Shown in pieces: positions 8,662 to 18,590 of a DNA stretch of 64,000 bases. The DNA comes from Thermodesulfovibrionales bacterium (GTDB lineage: Bacteria > Nitrospirota > Thermodesulfovibrionia > Thermodesulfovibrionales > UBA9159). The stretch covers positions 2,645 to 66,644 of the forward strand of contig DASPUT010000077.1 of assembly GCA_035622735.1 (NCBI GenBank), written 5' to 3'. The notes under the pieces were generated by a model. That model did no database searches and was not told the origin of the DNA. It saw nothing but the letters and a program-made list of their open reading frames with translations. Position 1 is the stretch's first letter; every line of letters begins with the position of its first letter. A program made the position numbers and the translations under genes.

Positions 8662-9375
8662 ATGAGCAACCTGAAAGGGCCGGAAATCAGCGTCAACGAA
8701 ATAATGCAAACAATAAAGGAAAGGCTCGAAAAGAGGAGGACATCTTCTCACCTCGAAAGATCGGATGATGAAAGAGAGCGGAGCATGGGCAATTCGGAGG
8801 GGGACCTGTTCCTCGATCAGGGTGACTTTCATAAGCCGTGTGACAAAGGAGTTATGGGTAATCTTCTCTGGAAATATGGCACAAAGTATGCCTTTTTCTT
8901 CAAGAGAGTTCCGATAATAAAGAATATCGCTGAAAAGTGGTACTGGAAATTGGCACGGGGACAAAACTCACCGGATGAGGTCGCTGCCGTTTCCTCCCGC
9001 CTCACCAACTCCGGATCCGATATCCTGGAAGCCAATCTGAATTATGACGGATTTCTGGAACAGCTGAGGAAGGAAGGGCTGAAGGGCAGAATCAAACTCG
9101 CGATATTTACTGTTATAGGTTTTTTCGCATGGTGGCAGGGACAGGTCAACAGAGCATTCTACGCGGCTTTGGCCAAACAGGAGGCGCAAATCGCTGAGAG
9201 GGATAGAACCATTAGAGATCTAGAATATAGACTTTCGGTGTTGAGTCACACAGAAGATGCTCTCTATGAAGAATTGACAAGCCAAAGGGCCGAGATCGCG
9301 AGACAGGGCAGAGAACTCTTGAAACATCGAAATGATCAACCGTTCGATTCGAAAGACGGCTCCAGGACTGAGTGA
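8662..9375 (+). CDS. hypothetical membrane-anchored coiled-coil protein
   Basis: AAGAGG lies before the ATG. One hydrophobic helix (IKLAIFTVIGFFAWW) is followed by a heptad-like segment (QEAQIAERDRTIRDLEYRLSVL...). It sits in the same strand block as the glycosyltransferases. Confidence 0.5.
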   Translation: MSNLKGPEISVNEIMQTIKERLEKRRTSSHLERSDDERERSMGNSEGDLFLDQGDFHKPCDKGVMGNLLWKYGTKYAFFFKRVPIIKNIAEKWYWKLARGQNSPDEVAAVSSRLTNSGSDILEANLNYDGFLEQLRKEGLKGRIKLAIFTVIGFFAWWQGQVNRAFYAALAKQEAQIAERDRTIRDLEYRLSVLSHTEDALYEELTSQRAEIARQGRELLKHRNDQPFDSKDGSRTE

Positions 9376-9438
9376 AGAGATCCTGAGTCGAACCTTCGAT
9401 GACATTTTTCTGCCGGCACTGATACGTAAAAGACGGGA

Positions 9439-12400
9439 ATGAAAAAAATTCTCTCTTTGAATTTCTTCCCTGCCTTTACGCCGCCCGCGAGCGGCGGTGA
9501 ACTACGCTACTTTCATATGTATTCCAGACTGAGCGAAAACTTTGATGTGACGCTCCTTTCCCCGACGCATGTCGATCATGAATTCGAAATCGTAACGCAT
9601 TCCGATACATTCAGAGAATACAGAATACCAAAGGAAGAATCCATTCACAACATACTACATCACAGGCTTGCCGAAGAAGGGGTGTGCTCTGAAGTCTCTG
9701 CTCTGGCCTGCGCCCTGAGTTCGGCATATCCCAATGCGTACCATAGACGTTATTTGGAGCTCTGCGAAGGGGCCGATGTCATCGTGCATGAATCTCCCTA
9801 TATGCTCGGATATGACCTGCTATGGAGATTTGATAATAAGCCGAGGATCTACAACAGCTACAATGTTGAATACCGGCTGATGAAGCAGCTCTACAGGGGG
9901 AAATGGGCTGGACAATATTTACAATATATTTTCAGTCTCGAAAAGAAAGCCGCTCTCGAATCGGACATTTTGTTTGCCACGTCCGACGAAGAAAAAAAGG
10001 CATTTCTTGAATTATATGGTGTGCCGGCGGAAAAGATTAAATTAGCCCCTAACGGAATTGATCCCGATAGTGTGATTGTCACTGCGAAAAGAAGAGAAAA
10101 CTCCGTCCTTTTTCTCGGGAGTCATCATCCTCCGAACGTTGAAGCAGCCGAATTTCTTGTTAACAAAGTCGCGCGCAGATGTCCGGGAATCGATTTTCTT
10201 ATTGCCGGAAGTTGCGGTGATACTCTTAAGAGGAATTCACTTGGGAAAAATGTGCACCTGCTCGGCAGGGTTGACGAGAAGACAAAGAAAGAACTCCTTT
10301 CGACGAGTCAGGTTGCCGTTAACCCGATGTTCTCCGGCGCAGGCACAAACCTGAAGACCCTGGAATTTCTGTCTGCGGGACTGCCGTTACTTTCAAGCGA
10401 TACGGGGGTTCGAGGACTTTCACTGCGGGACGGAGAACATTACCTGAAGGCCGATAAGGACAATTTTGCAAAAAAACTGATAAACCTGATCGGGGATGAT
10501 GCCCTGAGAGAGAGGATATCCCGTTTAGGCCGTCTTCACGTCAATGAGAAGTATTCGTGGAGAGGAATTGCAGAATCGGTGCGGCATGAGATCAACGCAC
10601 TGCCCGGCGACAGAAAGGGCGGCAGGAAGCTCATTCTTGTGCTGAATGATTTCAGTGCGTCCAAACCGTCGGGCGGCGGGGAAATGAGAATCAACAGGTT
10701 GTACGGCGCATTATCCCGTTATCATGACGTGGCATCCCTCTGCTTAAACGATTCTTCACGACTGATACGGTCTGCTATCACCCGGACATTCACGGAAATA
10801 TCCTTTCCTAAGACGCAGGAACATGTAGCTGAGGAAAGCCGCGTTGCGAAACTATCTTGGATCGGTGCGTCCGACATAGTCAGCTCGTATATGTGCGTAA
10901 GGAATCAGTTTTTCCTGAGTGCCCTGAAGGCCTTTTATAGAATTGCGGATCTGGTTGTGTTGTCTCACCCATACATGTCCCTCGCATTGGAGAGTTTACG
11001 AGGGAAGCCTCTGATTTACGAGGCTCTCAATTTTGAATTCGGACTAAAGAATAGGATCTTAAGAGATCACCCGTTATTCGAGACCTTGGTTGACCAAGTA
11101 AGGTACGTTGAGAAAACCGCCTGTAAACGGAGTTCCCTATTCATTGGCGTCTCCGGGGAGGATGTCGCGAGCCTGGCACAATTTGCTGGGCTTGACGGTA
11201 AGCCTTCATACGTTGTAGAAAACGGCGTCGATCTGAAAGGCGAAGAATTCTTTTTAGACACATTTGCAGATGTGAGGAAGGTTCTGGGCGGCCGCAAGTC
11301 CGTCCTCTTCATCGGAAGTGGACATTCTCCGAACGTCGCAGCAGTAAACTTCATTGCAAACGAACTCGCCCCGGCATTGCCTCATCACATTTTCTTGATC
11401 GTCGGAACGGTCGGTAATGCCTTTAGACAGCGTGAGGTACCGAAGAACGTCCTCCTCTTCGGAAGAATCGATGAGGAGTACAAAAAAGTATTATTGAGGA
11501 TCGCCGACGTGGCAATCAACCCTATGATCGAAGGCTCAGGCTCCAACTTGAAGCTTCCTGAATATCTTGCATATCGATTACCGACAGTGACAACGAAAGT
11601 GGGGGCGAGAGGCTATGATGTGGAAGACGGAAAAGAAGTCATAATTTGCGAGCTGCGAGAATTTGCGGACAAGATAGATTATCTGTTGGGGCATGATGAA
11701 TTCAAGCAGATGTTGTCCGGGCAAGGGTATGCATATGCCCTTCGCAAGCTGGACTGGAATGTTCTTGCCGAGAACTATTTGTCTATTCTGGAACACACGT
11801 TTTTTAAAGAAGAGAAGAAAAAACTATTGGTTCTCACCTACCGGTTCACTACCCCTCCCCTCGGCGGTGCGGAGGTCTATCTTCTTAGCCTCTTACGGGA
11901 AATTGACAGACTGGCCGACTTTTCCGTGACCGTCGCAACTCTTGATATTCGTGACATACTAAATAAGTACCATTTCTCTGCCGCATATACATTCGATGAC
12001 GCACCCCTCGCGCTGCCGGACATGCAGCACACTTCAGTCTATAAATTCAGATGCAAAGGAATATCTGATGATGTGAAACTGAAAGGTGCGAGGAGACTTT
12101 TCAGACGCTGGATGGAAGAATTCGTTCTCTCTTCCCTGCGGCATATCGATGCGTATACGGCCCCGTTGCTGATGGGCGGGTGGAATTTTCCGGAGAGAGC
12201 CGACGGGCGCTGCGAAATTTGGTCAAGCGAGGTTTCGTACATCTACGTAGCCGGAACGGAAGAAATAGAGATGGAAGGGTATTGCCCCCACAACGGGGAA
12301 CTATCGGTTTTATCCGAGGGCGAAAAAACATTATATGAAAAGAAACTGACGGGCAAGTTTCATGTTCGCTTTAAGACGGACGGCAGCAGATGGATAAAGC

Positions 12401-13533
12401 TACGAATCAACCCCTTTACGGCTCATGAAGATCCGAGGCCATTGGGTGTCAGAATATCCAGTATCAAATACTGGATGAACGGCCAATGGTACGACCTCGA
12501 CCTCAATTATAATTACAGGGACTTTTTGAAGGAAAAGTATTTGGAAGAATATATCGAAGAACTGATCCGGACCGCCGGAGCGAGGCCGCGGGAATATGAC
12601 GCTTTGTTTCAGCACGTCCGCGGGCCTCTTTCGCCCGAACTGGAAGGTTGGCTTGATAGAAACGTTGCGAAGTTTGACATCGTTCTGGGCCACAGCATTC
12701 CCTTCTCCACCTCCGTTCTCGCGGCCACTTTTGCAAGGAAATATGAAAAGCCGTTGATAATGCTTCCCCATTTTCACATGGATGACGAGTTTTATCACTG
12801 GAAATCATATTACGAAGCCCTCACGGCGGCAAATGCGGTTCTCGCATCCCCTTCGATATCGATTGATCTGTTCTTCAACAAAATAGGGGCTAAAGCAATG
12901 TATCTGCCCGGAGGCATTGATTCACGAGAACATGAAGACAGTGCCCCTTCAGCCTTCTCTCACCTCTATAACGGCAATCTTCCCTTCTTCCTGGTTCTCG
13001 GCAGAAAAGCGGGGAGTAAGAATTATAAGTGGGCGATGGATGCATTACAGGATATTAATCGAGATGGCAAATTGTGCAACCTTGTTCTCATAGGAAAGGA
13101 CGAGGACGGCGAGAGAATTGATGCGGGCGATGCATTGTATCTGCATGAACAACCGAGGGATGTTGTTTTGGGTGCCTTGAAGGAATGTATGGGCCTAATC
13201 AATATGAGCGAAAGCGAGAGTTTCGGGCTCGTTCTCCTCGAGGCGTGGATGGAGAAGAAACCCGTTATCGTGTATGGGAACTGCGCTGCATTTGCCGAAC
13301 TCGTTGACGATAGGGTAAACGGCCTACTGGCAAACAGGGAGAGCCTGGCGGATAAGATCAGATTCATTTTGGAAGAGCCCGCTCAGGCCGCGGAAATGGG
13401 GAGAAGGGGATTTCAGAAAGTCCAGGAACAGTATACCTGGGAAGCAATCGGGAAAGAGGTCAACAATCAGTTGCTGCTGCAGATGACGAGAAACGAGCAA
13501 ACACCGAAGGTAGGGCCTGGAAGGGATGTATAA
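9439..13533 (+). CDS. giant glycosyltransferase with three tandem GT4 (GT-B fold) modules
   Basis: Three module starts share the same pattern: MKKILSLNFFPAFTPPASGGELRY (9439), KLILVLNDFSASKPSGGGEMRI (about 10630) and KKLLVLTYRFTTPPLGGAEVYL (about 11815). Each module ends with a GT4-type C-terminal half. Examples are VAVNPMFSGAGTNLKTLEFLSAGLPLLSS, VAINPMIEGSGSNLKLPEYLAYRLPTVTT and MSESESFGLVLLEAWMEKKPVIV. Confidence 0.8.
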   Translation: MKKILSLNFFPAFTPPASGGELRYFHMYSRLSENFDVTLLSPTHVDHEFEIVTHSDTFREYRIPKEESIHNILHHRLAEEGVCSEVSALACALSSAYPNAYHRRYLELCEGADVIVHESPYMLGYDLLWRFDNKPRIYNSYNVEYRLMKQLYRGKWAGQYLQYIFSLEKKAALESDILFATSDEEKKAFLELYGVPAEKIKLAPNGIDPDSVIVTAKRRENSVLFLGSHHPPNVEAAEFLVNKVARRCPGIDFLIAGSCGDTLKRNSLGKNVHLLGRVDEKTKKELLSTSQVAVNPMFSGAGTNLKTLEFLSAGLPLLSSDTGVRGLSLRDGEHYLKADKDNFAKKLINLIGDDALRERISRLGRLHVNEKYSWRGIAESVRHEINALPGDRKGGRKLILVLNDFSASKPSGGGEMRINRLYGALSRYHDVASLCLNDSSRLIRSAITRTFTEISFPKTQEHVAEESRVAKLSWIGASDIVSSYMCVRNQFFLSALKAFYRIADLVVLSHPYMSLALESLRGKPLIYEALNFEFGLKNRILRDHPLFETLVDQVRYVEKTACKRSSLFIGVSGEDVASLAQFAGLDGKPSYVVENGVDLKGEEFFLDTFADVRKVLGGRKSVLFIGSGHSPNVAAVNFIANELAPALPHHIFLIVGTVGNAFRQREVPKNVLLFGRIDEEYKKVLLRIADVAINPMIEGSGSNLKLPEYLAYRLPTVTTKVGARGYDVEDGKEVIICELREFADKIDYLLGHDEFKQMLSGQGYAYALRKLDWNVLAENYLSILEHTFFKEEKKKLLVLTYRFTTPPLGGAEVYLLSLLREIDRLADFSVTVATLDIRDILNKYHFSAAYTFDDAPLALPDMQHTSVYKFRCKGISDDVKLKGARRLFRRWMEEFVLSSLRHIDAYTAPLLMGGWNFPERADGRCEIWSSEVSYIYVAGTEEIEMEGYCPHNGELSVLSEGEKTLYEKKLTGKFHVRFKTDGSRWIKLRINPFTAHEDPRPLGVRISSIKYWMNGQWYDLDLNYNYRDFLKEKYLEEYIEELIRTAGARPREYDALFQHVRGPLSPELEGWLDRNVAKFDIVLGHSIPFSTSVLAATFARKYEKPLIMLPHFHMDDEFYHWKSYYEALTAANAVLASPSISIDLFFNKIGAKAMYLPGGIDSREHEDSAPSAFSHLYNGNLPFFLVLGRKAGSKNYKWAMDALQDINRDGKLCNLVLIGKDEDGERIDAGDALYLHEQPRDVVLGALKECMGLINMSESESFGLVLLEAWMEKKPVIVYGNCAAFAELVDDRVNGLLANRESLADKIRFILEEPAQAAEMGRRGFQKVQEQYTWEAIGKEVNNQLLLQMTRNEQTPKVGPGRDV

Positions 13534-14341
13534 CGAAAAAGATGATTTCCTCCATCATGAGAAGGAAATAGCCGATTTCCTTTTGTTCCTCAAGAGGGCT
13601 GAGGTAGGCACCCGTGATGGGATGACCGTCTTAGACATCGGTGCCGGTCAGGGAATGCATGCAGGCTTTCTTGCTGAGCATTTTCAGGATGTCTATTGTT
13701 CCGATATCATTGATTACACTTCTCTGTACGGCGGAGAATTTTTCAAACTCCTGCAAGAGAAGTATGCGAGGAATGGTTATCGCATCAATCTGTCGAAGGT
13801 TCACTTTATCAGAGCGGACGGCATGAACTTGATCTTCAGGGACACTTTTTTTGATATGATTGTTTCCTTTAATATGTTCGAACACGTTCCCGAGCCTGAA
13901 ACTGTGCTGAAAGAAATGGTACGGTGTGCAAAAGATGGGGGCTATATCTATATCCAGTTTGATCCGATCTGGACCGCCGACACCGGAAGCCACTTTTTTC
14001 ACCGAGTTCCGGAACCGTGGGCGCATCTTGTTTACAGCGATGACGAGTTTGTGTCGAAGATGAGGACAAGCGGCGCCCCGGAGAGTGAGACCGAAGAATA
14101 TAGGAACGCCATGAACAGGAAAAGGGTGCTTTACTACCGGACGCTCATCGGAAACCTAGTAAAGAGAGGCGATATTCACCTGATCAGTCAAGAATTTTGG
14201 AGCGGCCTCTCCCATGAAAACCATAAAGACCACCCTTTCTTCAAAAGGTGTTTACAGAGAGGATTTCATGAGGAAGAACTGTTGTTACGGGGCGGGCGGG
14301 TCTTGCTCGGAAAAGGGAAGAGGCCACTGGACAAAAAATAG
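13526..14341 (+). CDS. class I SAM-dependent methyltransferase
   Basis: The start overlaps the previous gene by 8 nt, with GGAAGGG upstream. SAM motif I is VLDIGAGQGMHAGFL. FDMIVSFNMFEHVPEP is a typical post-II/III block. Confidence 0.8.
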   Translation: MYNEKDDFLHHEKEIADFLLFLKRAEVGTRDGMTVLDIGAGQGMHAGFLAEHFQDVYCSDIIDYTSLYGGEFFKLLQEKYARNGYRINLSKVHFIRADGMNLIFRDTFFDMIVSFNMFEHVPEPETVLKEMVRCAKDGGYIYIQFDPIWTADTGSHFFHRVPEPWAHLVYSDDEFVSKMRTSGAPESETEEYRNAMNRKRVLYYRTLIGNLVKRGDIHLISQEFWSGLSHENHKDHPFFKRCLQRGFHEEELLLRGGRVLLGKGKRPLDKK

Positions 14342-14488
14342 CACATCGCAGCGATGATAATTTGTGTTTTTCGGCAAGATAGATTTTATAGCAATCAATG
14401 AAATTGACATAACCACGTCTCAGGTCGACGTTAAAGAATGGAGCACTTTTCAAGCTGTATCATAGCTGTAAATTCGACGCGGAGTCAC

Positions 14489-16792
14489 ATGAAGGCTGAA
14501 ATTCGAAAAACTGCCCTAACATTATTGTTTTCCGGGATCGCACTCTGTTTGGCCGCTTACTCTCTGCGGCCGGTGTTGTACTCCGGCTATTATTTCGATG
14601 ACAGTCTTAATTCGCTTCTTAGAGCACATCTATCGGGAGAAGGGAAATCATTATGGAATCACCTTTATGAAACGGCGACGAGTTTCCCGCAGGGAAGATT
14701 TGGCCCTTTGAGCGCGGGCAGTCGCTTTCTGGTACATTACATATTTCATGAGGTGGAGTATTATAAGGTCGCCATTTTGACCGGAATCGTTGCAAACATC
14801 GCATTTTTTGGCTATTTTTTAAGGCGTTTCACAGGGTCCTTCAACTTGGCCATGGCTTCCATGCTTCTTATTCCAATCTTTTTTCAGATCAGAAATTATC
14901 ATGACCCGATCACCTCATACAATCTGCTGCTGCAACAGATGTGCTTTCTGCTGTTTGCATCCCTCATTTTTTTCCACGCTTTTCTTGCTAAGAAGAAACT
15001 TTCCACCTTTTTGGCAAGTGCGATATGCTATCTGTCGGCACTGCTGACTTACGAGATTGGCTTTTCATTCCTCATATTTTTTTTTATTCTGGCCTGGCAT
15101 CACCACAAAAATCTTATCGCTTCTCTGAAGACGACGGCTCCCCTCGTCTTCCTTACCATCGCAGTGCTTGCGGTGAACATGTACGCAAGGATGCAGTTTC
15201 CCGCCCATTATTCCGGGGTGAAGGCTAACCTGAAAGTCGAAGCGCTATTCACTGCCTTCTTCGAACAACTGTGCGGGGCGCTTCCCCTGAGTTATTATTC
15301 CCAGGTGAAGGGGCCTGTCCTTGCCTTCCTTGCTGCCTCGGACGTCGGGTATGCGCTGATCCTGTTCTCCCTGTGCTTGTATTTCCTGAAAAAAACGGGC
15401 GATGAGAAAATTGAGCCGACGTGCCTGATAATTTCTGGTTTTGCGCTGTGGGTCCTGCCGGCATGCGTAATCGCCCTGTCAGAAAAGTATCAGAATGAAC
15501 TTACTTTTGGAACAGCATACCTTCCCGTGTACCTTCAATACTTTGGATTGCTTATGCTATTGATGGGCGTTTTCTCCGCCGTTTACGCTCATATTAATTC
15601 ATTCCGGGTAAAGAACCTCATTGCCGTTCTGGTATCGTTTATGGCCGCGGCTATCGGGCTGATAACTATGGCACATAATAAGGCTATCGTAGAGGAGATG
15701 AATCTCTCGTGGAAATATCCACGGGAAGTGTTGGGGTTAGCCCTAAAGAAGGGCTTAGCCGCTGAAATTCCCACAGACTCAATAATCTGGGTGTCCGCTC
15801 AGGGTCCTCATCCCGCCTGGTACCTCTTTGCGAATAAGGACTTTTTTTACCAGTATTCGGGAAAGACTTTCACGGTTCTTCATGAAAGAGACGGTGTGAT
15901 ACTCAGAGGGAACGTAGTGAATGAAAAAAATGTTTTGGGGAGGAGTGAGTTGAATGCCTTGTCCGGAAGAATTGAGTATGTGATGAGTTATTCTTCGACC
16001 CGGAGAGATGCGGGAATAGTTCTCTTATCAAGAGTTAAAAACTCACTGTTGAGTCCTAATGCCTCCGGACACGAACATGGCCCGGGCGATGTGGAAGTAA
16101 CGGTGGATAAGGTTTTCACCGTGAATGGGACAAAGCAGCGAATGCTGAACTATTCAGGAAACAATGCTCCTCCTGGAACGTCGTTGGAAAAAGGAACTGC
16201 CGGTGTCGCTCATTACCTTTTCATCGAGGGGTCGGGGTATGATGCCGCCCATGGAATAGTGGGGTATGCCAGCCGAAAAGGAGTTTCCGGGGAACATACA
16301 CGGTGTATTGTTTTCGGCCCTGTCACTTTGCCCGACAGGTTTCATGTGGAAATAGTCTTAAGACCTCTTCAGGATCAAGTGCCCTATGCGAACATCATGG
16401 GTAATCGTGGCTCGGATAGTTCGTACGAGGGGTTTGCCATAGAACAGGACGGCGAGAATCAGAATACGTTCTCCCTTGTCGTCGGCGATGGAAGGGAGTG
16501 GCTCCCTTCCGCCACATTTCGAGTCGATCCCCAGGCATGGAATTATCTGGCTTTTTCAATAAACCGACATGTCGTTAAGAGCTATGTCAATGGCAAATTA
16601 ACGGGGTCTGTTCGCCTAAAAGGCCCCCTCAGGAATAGCGCCATGCAGGTATACGTCGGAAACCGGGCAAATTTTGACCGCCCATTTCATGGACAGATCG
16701 GGGAGGTGATCATTGGGGAAGGCGATCTCCCGACAAAAGATACCTCGATGAAGTGGCTGCAAATGAACGATAATCTTCGAAGTTCCCGATAA
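14489..16792 (+). CDS. polytopic membrane protein (GT-C-like) with C-terminal LamG/concanavalin-A-like lectin domain
   Basis: The ORF opens at 14438, but ATG 14489 has GGAG 6 nt upstream. The first ~420 aa contain many hydrophobic helices, with an early loop motif YYFDDSLNS. The C-terminus QAWNYLAFSINRHVVKSYVNGKLTGS...VYVGNRANFDRPFHGQIGEVII has the LamG pattern. Confidence 0.65.
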   Translation: MKAEIRKTALTLLFSGIALCLAAYSLRPVLYSGYYFDDSLNSLLRAHLSGEGKSLWNHLYETATSFPQGRFGPLSAGSRFLVHYIFHEVEYYKVAILTGIVANIAFFGYFLRRFTGSFNLAMASMLLIPIFFQIRNYHDPITSYNLLLQQMCFLLFASLIFFHAFLAKKKLSTFLASAICYLSALLTYEIGFSFLIFFFILAWHHHKNLIASLKTTAPLVFLTIAVLAVNMYARMQFPAHYSGVKANLKVEALFTAFFEQLCGALPLSYYSQVKGPVLAFLAASDVGYALILFSLCLYFLKKTGDEKIEPTCLIISGFALWVLPACVIALSEKYQNELTFGTAYLPVYLQYFGLLMLLMGVFSAVYAHINSFRVKNLIAVLVSFMAAAIGLITMAHNKAIVEEMNLSWKYPREVLGLALKKGLAAEIPTDSIIWVSAQGPHPAWYLFANKDFFYQYSGKTFTVLHERDGVILRGNVVNEKNVLGRSELNALSGRIEYVMSYSSTRRDAGIVLLSRVKNSLLSPNASGHEHGPGDVEVTVDKVFTVNGTKQRMLNYSGNNAPPGTSLEKGTAGVAHYLFIEGSGYDAAHGIVGYASRKGVSGEHTRCIVFGPVTLPDRFHVEIVLRPLQDQVPYANIMGNRGSDSSYEGFAIEQDGENQNTFSLVVGDGREWLPSATFRVDPQAWNYLAFSINRHVVKSYVNGKLTGSVRLKGPLRNSAMQVYVGNRANFDRPFHGQIGEVIIGEGDLPTKDTSMKWLQMNDNLRSSR

Positions 16793-17000
16793 AGAGTTTG
16801 TTTGCGGTTCTGATCTACTATGCGATCACATGAAGAGCAGGTGAACAGGCTCGTTGAACTAATAGAAGGGTTTTATCTCGCCGCGTCGCTTCTTAACGTC
16901 TGTTTTTTTCGGCGCTATCGGGGTCTTGCAGTTCCTGGAGCCTGAGAATCTATTGGCTTGATTCGAGATTCTATTATGCTAGCCCGGTTGCCATGGGATT

Positions 17001-18590
17001 CTACTGAGTTGCCGAACAATCCACGTATTGAGTCTTATCCGACGACTTGCATCTCCACGTCCATCCCGTTGTGGTGGCGGTTACCCCGCCCCCGCCCAGT
17101 ATCCCCGCGCCGCAAAGGTTGCTCGTTGGCGCTGCCGGGAATCTCTGCCCATTGGCTGATCCGCATGCAACCAGGTTTGCCGAACAACTTACATACTTAG
17201 TCTTATCCGACGACTTGCATCTCCACGTCCATCCGGTTGCGGTGGCGGTTATCCCACTCCCACCCAGTATCCCCGCACTGCAAAAATTCGTCGCAGGCGC
17301 CGTCAGGAACGCCTCCGTATTTGCCGTTCCGCACGCAACCAGGTTTGCCGAACAACTTACATACTTAGTCTTATCCGACGACTTACATTTCCATGTCCAT
17401 CCGTTTGCGGAGGCGGTTACCCCGCTCCCACCTAATATCCCCTTACTGCAAAGATTCGTCGCCGGCGCCGTCAGGAACGCCTCCGCGTTTGCCGTTCCGC
17501 AGACGGGATATATCGCAGCGGTTGCAGCAATCGTATGGCTGGCAGTCACGTTGCTGAAGGTGTATGTCGTGAGCGCACCGACTGATACCCCGTCGACTTT
17601 CACATCCGCGATGTAATATCCCGCATTCGGTGCTATCGTGAAAGACCGGTTCGCCCCCTGATTCACCGTTACCGCTCCAGATGGGGCGATGCTCCCCCCG
17701 CTGCCCGCTGATGCAGTAATCGTATAGGTGTTGACCGCAAAGGTCGCAGCTATTGTATGATTGGCTGTCACGTTGCTGAAGGTGTACTTGGCCACCGCAC
17801 CTGCCGATACCCCATCCACTTTGACAGCCGAAATATGATATCCCGCATTCGGTGCTATCGTGAACGCCTGGCTCGCCCCCTGATTAACAGTTCTCGAACC
17901 CGACGGCGAGATGCTCCCTCCGCTGCCGGCTGTTGCCGTAATGGTATAGGTGTTGACCTGATTCACCGCAAAGGTGGCGGTGACCGTTGTGTTAGAAGTG
18001 ACAGAAATTGCGCATGTCCCGTTACCCGTGCATCCACCGGACCAGCCCGAAAAAGTTGAACCGGTTGCAGGTGTGGCCGTCAGTGTAACGACCGTTCCTG
18101 AGTTGTACGTCCCGGTACAGCCTGTACCACAGTTAATGCCCGCAGGTGAACTTGTTACCGTCCCCGTTCCGGCACCGCCCTTGTTTATCGTAAGGTTATC
18201 TTGAACAGATGCCGTCGTCTTGCTCACTTCGTTTGAATAACCGCTTTCATTCCCCGTCGCATCATATGCGCTTACTGCAAAGTAGTAGGTAGTCCCGTCA
18301 GCAAGATTCGGGACCGTATAGGACGTCACGCTCTTCACATCCGCAACCTGCGGGTAATTCCTTGAAACAGTGCCGTAATACACTTTATAGCCTGCGAGAT
18401 CAGTCAGTGAAGTCCCGTCATCATTTGTGGTCGGTGCAACCCACGACAATGTCACCTGAGCTGAATGAGCTGCCGGTACATGAAGAATCAAAGAAGCAAA
18501 TGCTATGAGTACAAAAAAGAGGATTCCGGAAATACAGGGATGGGCGTCTGTGAATCCCCGAAATTTCCTATTCGTTCTAGCCATCTGCAT
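17001..18590 (-). CDS. secreted surface protein: FN3 domain + InlB-B-repeat-like domains + three C-terminal 56-aa four-cysteine repeats
   Basis: GGAGG lies 8 nt before the ATG at 18590. Signal peptide ...LILHVPAAHSAQV. FN3-like segment VTLSWVAPTTNDDGTSLTDLAGYKVYYG...YYFAVSAYDATGNESGYS. Repeated segments YTITA.AGSGGSI.PSG..TVNQGA...FTIAPNAGY. C-terminal repeats of the form CGTAN.EAFLTAPATN.C..GILGGSG.TA...GWTW.CKSSDKTKYVSCSANLVA. Confidence 0.8.
   Translation of the reverse strand: MQMARTNRKFRGFTDAHPCISGILFFVLIAFASLILHVPAAHSAQVTLSWVAPTTNDDGTSLTDLAGYKVYYGTVSRNYPQVADVKSVTSYTVPNLADGTTYYFAVSAYDATGNESGYSNEVSKTTASVQDNLTINKGGAGTGTVTSSPAGINCGTGCTGTYNSGTVVTLTATPATGSTFSGWSGGCTGNGTCAISVTSNTTVTATFAVNQVNTYTITATAGSGGSISPSGSRTVNQGASQAFTIAPNAGYHISAVKVDGVSAGAVAKYTFSNVTANHTIAATFAVNTYTITASAGSGGSIAPSGAVTVNQGANRSFTIAPNAGYYIADVKVDGVSVGALTTYTFSNVTASHTIAATAAIYPVCGTANAEAFLTAPATNLCSKGILGGSGVTASANGWTWKCKSSDKTKYVSCSANLVACGTANTEAFLTAPATNFCSAGILGGSGITATATGWTWRCKSSDKTKYVSCSANLVACGSANGQRFPAAPTSNLCGAGILGGGGVTATTTGWTWRCKSSDKTQYVDCSATQ
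17004..17501. repeat. three tandem ~168-bp coding repeats (56-aa units) at the 3' end of the surface-protein gene
   Basis: The string AGGTTTGCCGAACAACTTACATACTTAGTCTTATCCGACGACTT recurs at 17173 and 17341, a period of 168 bp. A more diverged third copy starts near 17010. Confidence 0.85.

Noticed and set aside
17004-17501. The three 168-bp repeats considered as a template/variable-repeat pair of a diversity-generating retroelement.
   Set aside because: Differences between the copies involve all four bases rather than adenine-specific substitutions. The copies are directly tandem within one ORF, and no reverse transcriptase gene is present in the window.
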